Source: Squalus acanthias
Lineage: Eukaryota
Assembly: GCA_030390025.1 (NCBI GenBank)
Contig: CM059433.1
Location: forward strand, 19,222,001-19,286,000
Direction: 5' to 3'
Length of the DNA stretch: 64,000 nucleotides
The notes under the pieces were generated by a model. That model was not told where the DNA came from, did no database searches, and saw nothing but the letters and a program-made list of their open reading frames with translations. Positions 50,063-63,210 of the stretch are shown piece by piece (the first letter of the stretch is position 1; the number at the start of each line of letters is the position of its first letter). The position numbers were made by a program, and so were the translations under genes.

Positions 50063-50443
50063 ACTGTCTCTCTGCCTTCACAGCTGGGAAAAGGTGCATG
50101 GCAGGAAGACCGCTGGGGGAAAAAAATCCAAAATAAAGCTAAGGGAAAATATCAGCAAATAATCTGTTATTGGTATAATTTCTTACAAACAGTGCTAGCG
50201 TAAAACCCACATCAACATAATATTCAAATACAATGAAGCATAACATATTTTACATATGCACTGCACTGTTAAAAACTGGGCCCTATTACTTTAATGGATA
50301 GGGGAGAAGGCAGAAAAAGTGTGGCTCAGTTTTACAGTTTCATCTGCTTCGGAAGTCCCCAATGAACACTCGAAATGTTGAATGTTCATTTGTTGCTTAT
50401 GCTCAAAAATGTATTGTACTAAGAAAAATTAATTTCTTCACAG

Positions 50444-50610
50444 GGATTTGGTGATCCTGCTGGAGAATATTGGTTGGGAAATGAATTTGTTTATCAACTA
50501 ACCAATCAGAAGAACTATGTCCTTCGCATCCAAATGAGAGACTGGGAAGCGAATGAGGCCTTTTCATGGTACAACCAATTCTATTTGGATAGTGAAGCAC
50601 AGAAGTACAG
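50444..50610 (+). CDS. ANGPT2: Angiopoietin-2 exon 7 (167 nt)
   Basis: ttcttcacag|GGA...AG|gttggt; GFGDPAGEYWLGNEFVYQLTNQKNYVLRIQMRDWEANEAFSWYNQFYLDSEAQKY(R). Confidence 0.94.
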
Positions 50611-51787
50611 GTTGGTATTTCAAAAATAGTTCTTTTCTAGCAAATATATTTTACAACATTGAGACCAACATACTTTTAGGCACCAATTATAATGTAAGTT
50701 TCAGTATTTGTAATGTGAATATTCTGTGGATTTGTCTCATTTGCAAAACTGTGGTCTAAAACCTTGCAACAATTCTAACTAATTTAATTAGTGAAATAGA
50801 TACCTATAAAAGTTAAATGCAACATTTGAATATTGTGAATCCATAGCTCCAAATTGGAAATCTGCTCTGGATAGGAAAGCAAGGTGGAACAGAAAAACAA
50901 ATTAGTTGCATATTTTATTTTAATTTTTATCCCCTTTAAATAAAAAGTTTATTTTGTTAAGTATTCTTTCAGAAGTTTAGCTATTTGAGTAAAGATTGGG
51001 AAAACTGGTCAGTGTTTGAAGTGTAAAAGTGGAAAAAAGAATGACATAATAGATGCATAAGCAAACAATAGAAAAAAATGTTTCGTGAAGAGGAAAGGGA
51101 GAAATGTTAGGGGAAGACAGAGAGAGAAAAAAGGAAAAAAAATCTGGATATGGAATGACGTACATAATACAGATTTACCGAGTCTCTCGAACTAAACTCG
51201 GGTTCACAAAATCCTTCTTCCATGCCTGGAAAATGAAGTTAGTTATCTATTTGCTCTTTGGCACTGTTCAGTGCTGTAACCAAATTGATTTTCATTCATT
51301 ATTTATTGTTTTATATAACATACTTTGCTAGTGGAGACATACACATATTGAACCAAACTCTCCTAAAGCATGACAATCTTCTGATTAGAGCCCATTTTTA
51401 TCCCATGAAACTATAGTTATATGCAAGTGTAAATTTAAGGAAGTCCCATTGCTAGCAAAGTTACAGAAGATGAATTTTTGTTAAGGCTGTAACACAAACA
51501 GATGCGAATTAAATGGAACAACCCAAGAGATCAAGATTTACTGGTGCTACAGTTAGAAACACAGCCAAGCAATTTGTATCTCTTGTATCTAAATTGTATT
51601 TAAATTAAAGCAATTACATTTTTTTTTAATAAACATGGGCTTTTCAAATTTCATGGGTTTTGAGATGATGCATCTTACATACAATCAGCATCAGCCTTAG
51701 ATCAGAAACAAGTGTTATTAATCAATGCCACAGAACTTTTCTACATGTTAAATATTGAGTGAATAAAAGGACATGCCCTACAAAGAA

Positions 51788-52305
51788 AACATACAAAAAT
51801 GACAGGCAGGAAAATACCAGCTGGTCTATCAAGCTGACACCACAGTCGTGATGGCTGGAGCATCATGACTAGGTATCCCCCCCACTACACCACGCAATGT
51901 CCTGGGAGAGGCCAAAAAACCCAGAAAAAAAAACCCAGGGCGAACAAAACTCTGGAAAATTCCTCTCCGACCCCTTCAGGCGATCAAAACCAGTCCAGCA
52001 GATCGCATTGGCCAAGAGTTTGTTATCTGTTAATCCTTCTATACTTGCCTTCTACATGATGCAGTCTCTGCCCCAGCCAAGAACCAGTCCAGCTCCCTCG
52101 AGAAGGCATACAGAGAGTCAGCAACCACCAACACCAGCCGGTCATGTATTCCAGAGTCTAACTGCTCTCTGGGGAAAATAAGAACTGCCCAACATCTAGC
52201 CTATTCCTACTTTTGCGTAGTTGAAATGCATGTCCCCTGGGTCCTCCCCAATCTGTCAAAGTGAAATAATTTATCAGTAGCCCTTTCATTATTTTATACA
52301 CCTAA
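51788..52305 (-). mobile_element. CR1-group LINE 3' fragment
   Basis: catacaaaaatgacaggcaggaaaataccagctggtctatcaagc tail (reverse of 15318-15385) and ttccagagtctaactgctctctggggaaaa. Confidence 0.65.
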
Positions 52306-52819
52306 AATTGTAACCTACTGGTAACAAAATATTTTGCTTATGAGTTTCGTTTTTCCAGATACCAAATCTGGAAATAGCAATAGTTCCAAGCGCTTAATCA
52401 AAGCTTAAAAAAAAAACACTATTTGAAAATAATCAGCCGATAGTAGAATTACAGGCAAGTGCAGATCAGAAATGAGTTCCAAATGTTTTGCTGAAACCAA
52501 GTAGGTATGAAGCTGTGTGAATTTAGATCGCAATATTGATCTGGAAAACACAAGGCCAGCAGAGGCAAAAGTCCCTTCCAACACAAGCACATCTCCCACA
52601 GCATTTCAAGGGTGAGCCAGTTGCATAGTAGAAGTGGGGCAGTGGTGTACACCAGGAAGAAGCTTGTAAGAGATCGCTCCAGAGACAAAAAAACTGTGGT
52701 CCCTGGAAAATAAATAAGTAATATTTTCCTTAAACCAGTGAAGGTAGATAAATAAAATTGTTGCCCTCACATACCACACTTATGTAAATAAATAAATTCC
52801 TGCACGCATGGGTTTGTAA

Positions 52820-55800
52820 ACATAGAAACATAGAAGATAGGAGCAGGAGTAGGCCATTCGGCCCCTCGAGCCTGCTCCGCCATTCGATGAGATCATGGCT
52901 GATCATCCAAACTCAGTACCCTGTACCTGCCTTCTCCCCATATCCCTTGATACCTTTAGCTTTAAGAAATATATCTAACTCATTCTTGAATATATTTAAT
53001 GACTTGGCCTCAACTACCTTCTGTGGTAGAGAATTCCACAGGTTCACCACTCTCTGGGTGAAGAAATTCCCCCTCATTTCTGTCCTAAATGGCTTACCCC
53101 TTATCCTTAGATTATGACCCCTGGTTCTGGACTCTCCGACCATCGGGAACATTCTTCCTGCATCTAGTTTGTCCAGGCCTGTCAGAATTTTATATGTTTC
53201 GATGAGATCCCCTCTCATTCTTCTATACTCCAGCGAGTATAAGCCCAATCGACCCAATCTCTCCTCATATGTCATTCCTGCCATCCCAGGTATCAGCATT
53301 GTGAATCTTCGCTGAACTCCTTCCATGGCAAGAACATCCTTCCTCAGATAAGGCGACCAAAACTGCACACAGTACTCAAGGTGTGGTCTCACCAAGGCCC
53401 TGTACAACTGCAGCAGGACATCCCTGTTCCTATACTCAAACCCTCTCGCGATGAAGGCCAACATACCATTTGCCTTCTTCACCGCCTGCTGCACCTGCAT
53501 ACTTACCTTCAGCGACTGGTGCACAAGGACACCCAGGTCTCGTTGCACTTCCCCTTCTCCCAATCTATTGCCATTCAGATAATAGTCTGCCTTTCTGTTT
53601 TTGACACCAAAGTGGATAACCTCGCATTTATCCACGTTATATTGCATCTGCCACGCTTCTGCCCACTCACCCAACCTGTCCAAATCATCCTGGAGTTTCT
53701 CAGTATCCTCCTCGGAGCACACACGCCCACCCAGCTTTGTGTCAACTGCGAACTTGGAGATATTACATTTAGTTCCCTTATCCAGATCATTAATGTATAT
53801 TGGTGAATAGCTGGGGTCCAAGGACCGAACCCTGCGGTACCCCACTAGTCACTGCCTGCCACTCGGAAAAAGACCCATTAATTCCTACTCTCTGCTTTCT
53901 GTCCGCCAACCAGTTCTCTATCCAAGTCAATACCTTGCCCCCAATCCCATGTGCCTTAACTTTACACGCTAATCTCTTATGCGGGACCTTATCGAAAGCC
54001 TTTTGAAAGTCCAAATACACCATATCTACTGGTTCTCCCTTATCTATTTTCCCAGTTACATCCTCAAAAAATTCCAGTAGATTAGTCAAGCACGATTTAC
54101 CTTTTGTAAATCCATGTTGACTTTGTCCGATCCTGTCACTGTTTTTCAAGTGCTCAGCTATTACATCCTTTATAATGGACTCTAGCATTTTCCCCACTAC
54201 CGATGTCAGGCTGTAATTCCCCGCTTTCTCTCTACCACCCTTTTTGAATAGTGGGGTAACATTAGCTACCCTCCAATCCATGGGTACAGTTCCAGATTCC
54301 ATCGAATGTTGGAAGATGATCAGCAATGCATCTTCTATTTCTAGGGCCACTTCCTTAAGTACCCTAGGATGTAGATTATCAGGCCCTGGGGATTTATCGG
54401 CCTTCAATCCCGTCAATTTCCCTAACACCAAATTCCCTGCAAATACTGATTTCACAGAATCACAGAATCCCCACAGTGCAGATAGAGGCCATTTCGGCCC
54501 ATCGAGCCTGCACCGACACAAATCCCACCCTATCCCCGTAACCCCACGTATTTAATCCCCCTAACACTAAGGGTCAATTTATCATAGCCAAATCAACCTA
54601 ACCCGCACATCTTTGGACTGTGGGAGGAAACCGGAGCACCCGGAGGAAGCCCACGCAGACACGGGGAGAATGTGCAAACTCCACACAGACAGTCACCCGA
54701 GGCCGGATTCGAACCCGGGTCCCTGGCGCTGTGAGGCAACAGTGCTAACCACTATGCCACCGTGTTGCCCAGATTTCTTTCAGTTCCTCCCTTTCATCAG
54801 ACCGTATGTTCTCCAACATCTCTGGGAGGTTATTTGCGTCCTCCTTTGTGAAGACAGAACCAAAATATGCATTTAATTGGTCTGCCATTTCTTTGTTCCC
54901 CATTATAACTTCCCCCGCTTCTGACTGCAAGGGACCTACACTTGATTTCACTCATCTTTTTCTCTTCACATATCTATAAAAGCTCTTAGTCAGTTTTTAT
55001 GTTCCCTGCAAGCTTACTTTCATATTCTATTTTCCCCTTCTTAATTAATCCCTTTGTCCTCCTTTGTTGAATCCTAAACGGCTCCAAATCCTCAGGGTTA
55101 CCGCTTTTTCTGGCCAATTGATATGCCCTCTCCTTGGATCTTATGCTATCCCTACTTTCCCTTGTTAGCCACGGTTGAGTCACCCTTTTTGTTTTATTCT
55201 TATGCCACACTGGGATGAACAAATTCTGTAGTTCATCCATGCAGTCTTTGAATGTTTGCCATTGCCTATCCACCGTCAACACTTTGGGTGACATTCCCCA
55301 ATCAATCCTACCCAATTCGCGCCTCATACCATCATAGTTTCCTTTATTTAAATTCAGGACCCTAGTCTCTGATTCAACTACTTCACTCTCCATCCTAATG
55401 AAGAATTCTATCATATTATGATCACTCTGACCCAAGGGGCCTCGTACAACAAGATTGCTAATTAATCCTTTCTCGTTACATAATACCCAGTCTAAGATGG
55501 CCTGATCTCTGGTTGGTTCCTCGACATATTGTTCCAGAAAACCATCCCGTAAACATTCTAGGAATTCCTCCTCCACAGTATTTTTACTAATTTGGTTAGC
55601 CCAATCTATATGTAAATTAAAGTCACCCATGATGACTGCTGTGCCCTTACTGCATGCTTCTCTAATTTCCCTTTTAATGCCGTCCCCAACCTCCGTATTA
55701 CTGTTTGGAGGTCTGTATACCACTCCCACTAACGTTTTCTGCCCCTTGTTATTTCTCAGTTCTACCCATACAGATTCCGCATCATCAGAGCTAATATCCT

Positions 55801-56268
55801 TCCTTTCAATTGTGTTAATCCCCTCTTTAACCAGCAATGCTACCCCACCTCCCTTTCTTTTTTGCCTATCTTTCCTAAATATTGAATACCCCTGGATGTT
55901 GAGTTCCCAGCCTTGGCCACCCTGGAGCCATGTTTCTGTAATCCCAATCAAATCGTATTCATTTACCTCTATTTGCGCAGCTAATTCATCCACCTTGTTC
56001 CGAATGCTCCTTGCATTATGACACAAAGCCTTCAGGCTTGGTTTTTTTTAATGCTCTCAGACCTATATGAATTATTATTTACTGTGACCATGTTTGATTT
56101 AAACCGTTGAGTTCTTTGCCTTCTACTTTTGTTTTTCTCCTTCCTGTCTTTTGCTTTTATCCTTGTTTCCCTTTCCTCTGTCTCCCTGCTCAGGTTCCCA
56201 ACCCCCTGCCACTTTAGTTTAAACCCTCCCCAACAGCACTAGCAAACACTCCCCCTAGGACATCGGTC
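52820..56268 (-). mobile_element. CR1 LINE, ~3.4 kb: ORF1 C-terminus, APE endonuclease, RT and 3' UTR; inactivated
   Basis: NARSIRNK, IGITETWL, GVVYRPP, MGDFN, SDHN (endonuclease); KSPGPD, QHGF, YLDFQKAFDKV, GVPQGSVLGP (RT); stop at 54986, frameshifts and SINE insertion; ORF1 tail VLGGVFASAVGEGLN*. Confidence 0.95.
54454..54771 (-). mobile_element. HE1/V-SINE-like SINE nested in CR1 with 6-bp TSD
   Basis: tRNA-like head (gggcaacacggtggcatagtggttagcac...ggttcgaatcc on minus strand), V-domain-like gtggagtttgcacattctcccc; GATTTC at 54448-54453 and 54772-54777. Confidence 0.88.
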
Positions 56269-56645
56269 AAACAAAGGACAATATATAAATCTTAAGAAAA
56301 AAATCAAACTAATTTGCAACTTTCCTTTATCAAATATTTCTGCAATAGTACTTAGCGTTACCAAAGGTTCTGCTTAAATAAACGTATTTAGTTTCAGGAC
56401 TTTTATTTGGAAAGCCTCCAAAACTTGAATAATGCTGTAGTTCCTCAAGAGCATGCTGCTTTATGTAGCATCTTGCTTTCCCGCTTGTTTTTCAATTCTG
56501 AGACATGCATAAAAAAATCTATTTACAAGACATCACAAAACAGAAAGATGCGCTCCAAGTCATTCCTACTGAGGTCATTCCCCACTCATATTTTCTTACT
56601 GTACTTGTCAATTATAGTTGCAGGAGATCAGCCAGTAGAAATCAT

Positions 56646-57353
56646 GGCCAAGAATTTCCGCTTTGGGCGTAATCAGCGATCTGGGTGCAAATTGCGCTCA
56701 AAATTGCACTAATTTTGCAAAGTAAAGTTTTTGCTCAAGTTTCCACAAACTCATTTTCATATCACCGAACATAAAATCTGCCACGAACCAGCACAATCGG
56801 GCAGCATTTTAGAACATAATTTAAAAATCTTTTTGCATTAAAAAATATTCCTTGATATAATTAAGTGATAACCTGGTGCAGTTTTATTAATTGAGCTGAA
56901 AATGGGTTTATCACAAAAAGAAGCATTTTTAATCAGACTGTCTAGTCCACCAACTGTGAGTAACCCGATTTTAAATAACTAAAAATGACTTTAAAAACTA
57001 TACAGAACCATTTATTAGTTACATTGGTGTATCGTAGTCAGTTTCTTAGTAAATTTAAAAAAATAATATTTAAGAGTTTTTAACAGGTGTCTATCAGTGC
57101 CCTTGAACCTAAAAAAAAGCTTAATTTTAAGAGCCTCCTCGAAGGGCCACAAACGGGCGTAATTAGCGGAAACTCACCATGGTGATTAATTCGATCGGGG
57201 GAGGGTGGCGCCGGCTTCCAGCGCGATGGTTTTCAAACTCGCGCAAAAAAAAAAAACTTGATTTGCGCTGGGCGTAATTTGAGCTTGAAATTCCTTGATC
57301 TTTTGCGCTAGTTTGGCCAATTTACCAGTGCAACATAGCGGAAATTCCAGGCC
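56646..57353. mobile_element. PIF/Harbinger-type MITE, 708 bp
   Basis: cat|GGCCAAGAATTTCCGCT...AGCGGAAATTCCAGGCC|caa; AT-rich core. Confidence 0.78.
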
Positions 57354-57845
57354 CAATCAATCTTAGCTTCAAAGTTACCTGAAAAAAGTGAAGAATTTGT
57401 TTTTTGATGTTTTATACAAAAAAAAATTCTAGTAATTTCAGCTTCTTTTCTTTCACTGCTCCTAAAAATAGTATTTGTGTATTTTCATATTTTCATCTGC
57501 AGTAATTTTGCATCGATATAGAGGAGTAAAGGCAGGGACAGCACTGAGGGAGCCCTGGAGTATTAACAACTGGGATGGGGCCACATGAAGTGAGAGCATT
57601 GGGAGAGGTGGTCTGGCAGTGTGGGGTGGAGCGGTCAGGCAGCACTGGGGAAGCAGGACAAGAATCACTACTATAACCAGTACACAATTAGCAAATAGAG
57701 TAGAAGCACAAATTGTGCTGTAAACCAGCTTTATGCTGGCACCAAACCCTGAGGACCAGAAACTAATTGGGTGTGGCTACAGTTCGGAGGTAGGCCTGAT
57801 AGCGAAAGAACACCAGGGTGAGGGCTTCTTTCCTTCAATACAAGG

Positions 57846-58100
57846 TGTCAGCCTTGGCTCAGTGGCAGCATTCTTGCCGGAGTCAGAAGATCATGGCTTC
57901 AAGCCCCACTCCAAAGGCTTGACACTGAACCTAGGCTGGCAGCACAGTGCAGGACTGAGAGAGCGCTGCACTATCAGAGGTGCTATCTTTCGGATGAGAC
58001 GTTGAACCGAGGCCCTGTCTGCCCAGGTGGACTGAAAAAATCCCACAGCACTTTTTAAAAAGAGCAGTGGAGTTCTCCCAGTGTCCTGGCCAATTTCAAT
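57846..58100 (+). mobile_element. SacSINE1/DeuSINE-like SINE, 5' portion
   Basis: tgtcagccttggctcagtggcagca (A box)...ttcaagcccc (B box)...ctttcggatgagacgttgaaccgaggccc. Confidence 0.82.
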
Positions 58101-59916
58101 AGTCGAATCAATATACAAGTGTTATGTGCTTTCTAATTAGTGCCTAATAAATGAGAACAAGTTGAAACAATCCAGCAATTCACAGTTCCATTTTTCTACT
58201 CAATGATATTCATTAAATTTTCTCACTCATGACAGCTGGTTAGCATAACAAGGGCACAGGTTAACAAAGATGGCATGTTTTGGAAATGGATGTGTCACAT
58301 TAGTGTAGTAGGGGATGCATTGTCGAGGTTGGGCTTAAAGAACGTGGGTTTGATGTAGAATAAAGCTCCTTCTGCTCTCTTACCCAATTTCAAAGCAGCT
58401 CACCTGTACTGCACTTCTATTCCCAGGTTAGACAGAGCTCACCTACTCTGCCCCTAAAGTAGCATCCCCGATTTCACAGAACTTGATGGTAAGATAGTAA
58501 ACAGTACTTATTTTTGGCTGATTGCAGCAGCAATGGTTACAGACATGGAGCAGTGGGAGATGGTTGGCCCAGTGTCTGAAGGTTGGGTGGGGTGGGGGGG
58601 GGGGGGGGTGGTGGGGGGGTGCTGGAATAGGTCCAGTCATCAGCTGGCACTGGGGAGAAGGAAGCCATGAATCACAGCCCCACCCAGTATACAGTTGGAA
58701 AATACAGAACAACTGTCACACCCTTCTGAAGGAACAACAACTTGCATTTCTATAGCGCGTTTAACGGGGAAAAATGCACTTCACAGCATTATAATTGGAC
58801 AAAAATTGACACCAAGCCAAAAGAGGAAATATTAGGAGAGGTGATTAAACATTTGGTCAAAGAGTTAGGTTTTTAGGAAGGTCTCAAAGGAGGAGAGAGA
58901 AATGAAAGGCGGAGCTGTTTAGAGGGGAAATTCCAGAGCTGAAGGCACGGCCACACAAAGGCATGACATGCTGGGAAAAAAAGGGCTCTTATTTCTGAAA
59001 ACACTGCATCAAAGAACTAAAAATCTAAAACAAACTTTTAATGCAAGCATATACTTCAGCACTGATATTTCGAATTGCTTTCCCAACTAACAGAAGCCGT
59101 TTCCTCTTTTTGTGTGAAAGCAGGGGGAGTGTCGTTGCACACAACACAAACCTAAGCTAAACAGTATAATTGCTTTGTCCCTCCTTATCAGAAAATGTAC
59201 CTTACAACCTGCTAAAGAATCTTCAGGGTGCACTGTCTAACACATCTATAACAGCTATATTTCTAACCCAAGTAAGTTGAAGCACCACTGGAAAGTACTG
59301 CAAAGTTGTCTCACATCCAAGCTAAATATTTTTGCATCTGGAAACAATTACGTATCTTCAGCACTACAGTCTTTGGAAGGATTCTATAATGTACCGCAAT
59401 ATCTGTAATATTAAACTACAACTGCTGCAAAGCAGGTCATAACGGTTAGACGTTAATGTAAACTCAAGTAACCGTAAGTAACCATAAGTAAAATGATACT
59501 TCCTCTTGAACTTGATTATTTTATTCAAGGAAACATTAAGGGTTTAAACAAGAGGAACAGTTTGCAAGAAGGTGAACACTGATCACATGTGGATAAGTTA
59601 TGACTAAACAAAAGCCGAGCCTCACTATGTGCAGAAACAGTAACCCTTAAAATATGCTCAAGATGATTAATCCATCTTTGATCGGTTGCTACCCTTTGCC
59701 CTTGCTTTGAGTCTTTTCACTGAACTATTTCATTAATTTCAATGGAAAATCGCTAGAGATTGGAGCCACTGGCTGGCCACATTTGTTAATGAGCATTAAA
59801 AAATATTTGCTTAATAAATGAAGGTTTCATACCATTAGGTCAGTAGCTTTAACTCTAGTAAATTGGGCATACCGAAATGGAAGTTTTCAATTACTGCAGA
59901 GAACACAGTTAAAATA

Positions 59917-60378
59917 AAAGAAAGACTTGCATTTATATAGCGCCTTTCACGACCTCAGGACATCCCAACGCGCTTTACAGCCAATGAAGTACTTTTTTGA
60001 AGTGCTGTCACTGTTGTAATGTAGGAAACGTGGCAGTCAATTTGCACACAGCAAGCCCCCACAAATAGTAATGTGATAATGACTAGATAATCTGTTTTTT
60101 TAGTCATGTTGATTGAGGGATAAACATTGGCAGGACACCGGGGATAACTCCCCTGCTCTTCTTTGAAATGGTGCCATGGGATCTTTTACGTCCACCTGAA
60201 GGGGCAGACGGAGCCTCGGTTTAACGTCTCATCTGAAAGACGGCACCTCCGGCAGTGTAGCACTTCCTCAATACTACACTGGAGTGTCAGCCCAGATTTT
60301 TGTGCTCAAGTCTCTGGAGTGGGACTTTTCCCACAACCTTCTCAGAGGAGAGAGTGCTACCAGCTGAACCACGGCTGG
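59917..60378 (-). mobile_element. Full-length SacSINE1/DeuSINE-like SINE
   Basis: Tail aaagaaagacttgcatttatatagcgcctttcac through head gagagtgctaccagctgaaccacggctg. Confidence 0.87.
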
Positions 60379-61159
60379 CCAAACAGGAATCAAATTATTT
60401 TTAATGGACTTTATTTAAGGTTGATCTTTTCAATCACAAAGAAATATTTTGTTTTGCAAATAATAAGACAAAATTAAAATGTACAGTAAGTCTTCATTTT
60501 TTTTGAAAGGCAAGTTCTACATTGTTTTGCTGAAAATAGGATTGCTGCCATCTTAAAATAAAATGCAATATGCACACAGGAGAAACTGTTAATGTTGCAC
60601 ACAGTGTGTCCTTGCATTTGGAATAAATATGCTTTCAGTCAGTTAAATAAATCATAAACAACGGATTGTGGAAAAGCTCTAAACAGTTGTTCACTCTGCC
60701 TGACCCATGCCTACACTTGTTTTTTTTTGTATTCAAATGCAGCATCTGTGTAATGCAATCTTAGTTCGAAGAAACTAAAAGATTTTTCATATAAACAAAC
60801 TTATTTGAGTACACCAATACAAAAAGCATTCTGCAAATGACTACCAGTGGTGAAGAATAACACACTAACTGTAGAGTCAAATACCTATTACTGTGAACTG
60901 ATTCAGATTGGGCCTATTCGGATCAATGTGTATTTTGAACTGTAACTTCAGGTCAGTTCAGAGTTTATATGTTGCATCTGTCCATCCACATAATCACACC
61001 AAAGACTTGAAACTTCCCTGCAAAACCCAGTACACAGTTTAAACAAAAGCTCCAGGTTTAGAGATCGGAATTTGAGTTTGAAGAAATTTCTCTCACGACG
61101 CCTAACATGTTGAAAAATTGTTAAATCCATAGTACTTTGGCTCCTCCAATTGCACAGCT

Positions 61160-61505
61160 GGTTAAGGTAGTGAGTACTTGAGCACAGAACGTCAAACATC
61201 CAGGTTTGATTCTTGGTTTTTGCTGATTTTGTGGCGGTATCGATGCTACCAATAGCCTCAGTGCTCTTGGGTTAGGGAAGGGAAAAATCACCCACGGTTT
61301 CCAGCTTGATAGCCAGCAATCCTGGTTAGAAATGCACCTGCATGGATGTTAGGTGAAGACATCGTCAGGCTTGGCTGCCATGTCCCCAAAATCTGAATAG
61401 TCTGCTGACACTCACCATCAACTGTCACACATGAAGAATGACTGGGCAAAGTATCAGAGGGCGACTAACATCTGTGAAATAGTACTTCAGGGAGAAGAAG
61501 GAAGG
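61160..61505 (+). mobile_element. Old degenerate SINE
   Basis: caggtttgattcttgg...gggaagggaaaaatc...ggatgttaggtgaagacatcgtcaggcttggc. Confidence 0.55.
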
Positions 61506-62854
61506 AGAAAATTGGCAGAAAAACGAGAGAAAAAAATCTGTAGTACTTGAATATCGATCATTCTGTCAGTGCATTCTAAAATAGCTAACAATTATTTTGA
61601 CTCCGCATTTTCAGTAGTGGCATATCCAGAAAAATAATCTGCAGATTAGCATATGTTTATAGTTATCAAACAATGGTCCTTTTTAAGATTTATGAACTGT
61701 ACACAATGTTTTGACATCTGTTCATCAAACTACAGTGCATCAAACTTAAGTGATGAAAAAAAATACACTCTGCTTTCTGCCCCTGAACAAAGTTACATGA
61801 AAAAACTGGGAAAGCAAATGAATAAAAGTCCTGTAATTTATTTCTCATAAGAACTAATTGTAAGAACATTAAAAGTGACCTTTGGACAAACTAGCGATAA
61901 AATGCTGCCAAGTACATCAGTTTTATTCCCTATAAATATACTTTGTGTAAATATTATAATGGCACACGGATATCAGTGGACAAATATACCGTCAGCTTTT
62001 GTCTTGGTAATGTCAATTGTACTAAATAAAAAGTTTCCCACAACATTTTATTCAGTTCAATTGACAGTATTATGAACAGTTCCAACAGCAACAAGTCAAA
62101 TTAAAAACAGACATTATCGGAAGTGCACAAAATGCTAGAACATTTCTTACCACTTCACTGGGAGTGTTGATTTAAAAAAGAAAGTCCTGTCAGTAATGGC
62201 TAAGGGCAGACCAAGTGATTCGTCCACGAGCATCAATTCTGGCGTAGGCAGTTACTGAGAGGGTAAAGTGGGTGGCAGAGCTGCTAATGCATCTCCCAAT
62301 TATTATAAATGTCATTGGAATTAAGTCCAACTTTGTATTGCACTTTCCCCCTTAGCCCTCAAAAATGAAAAGGCCTGAGGCTACAAAATCTATGATCTGG
62401 GGTGGAGCGCAATTCCAGAAGAGAGCTTTAGGTCAACTGGGTTTCCATGAAACCTTCACTGAGAAACTCTGCCCCAGTGGAGAGGATCCATGCCCGGAAC
62501 ATTACAAAAGCAGCTTGGGGACATGCCTCGGGCGGTTTCCAAATTTTCCTGGGATGTCTTCCCAGAATGTCCCGATAGACTCAGTAGGACCTACCCTGGG
62601 TTCTGTTTTGGACCTCCTGAAGATCCCAAGAAAAAAGCACCACAACTACTCAATAAAGTGATCAATTCTCTTAGCCTCACTGCTGCCTGGGGGGAGTGAG
62701 GGCAATTTAAATGGCTGTTTTTATGCAGACGGTTACTAGAAATAGTAATGAAAGCAGAATGCACAATAACTTTTAAAAGGGAAGCGGTGGTAGGCACACT
62801 TGGCGATGGACACTGAAGTTCCCCCATCCAGAGTATTCTCTGTGTCCTTGCTAC

Positions 62855-63210
62855 TCTCAGTGCTTCCTTCAAATGGTGTTCAACATGGAGGATTGCTCAG
62901 GGAGGGCAGTAAGTGGTAATCAGCAGGAGGTTTCCTTGCCCATGTTTGACCTCATGGGGTCCAGAGTCAATGTTGAGGACTCCTAGGGTCACTCCCACCC
63001 GACTGTATGCCACCACCTCTGATGGGTCTGTCCTGCCGGTGAGACAGGACATACACAGGGATGGTGATGGAGGAGTCTGGGACATTGGCTAATAGGTATG
63101 ATTCTGTGAGTATGACTATGTCAGGCTATTGCTTGACTAGTCTATGGGACAGCTCTCCCAACTTTTTGGCACCAGTCCCCAGATGTTAATGAGGAGGATT
63201 TTGCAGGGTC
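62855..63210 (-). mobile_element. LINE endonuclease-domain fragment
   Basis: GVLNIDSGPHEVKHGQGNLLLITTYCPP in ORF 62897-63085. Confidence 0.75.

Noticed and set aside
52820..56268. Active autonomous CR1
   Set aside because: 5'-truncated within ORF1, premature stop, frameshifts and SINE insertion
57846..57915. tRNA gene
   Set aside because: A/B boxes belong to a SINE head that continues into SINE body sequence; no complete cloverleaf
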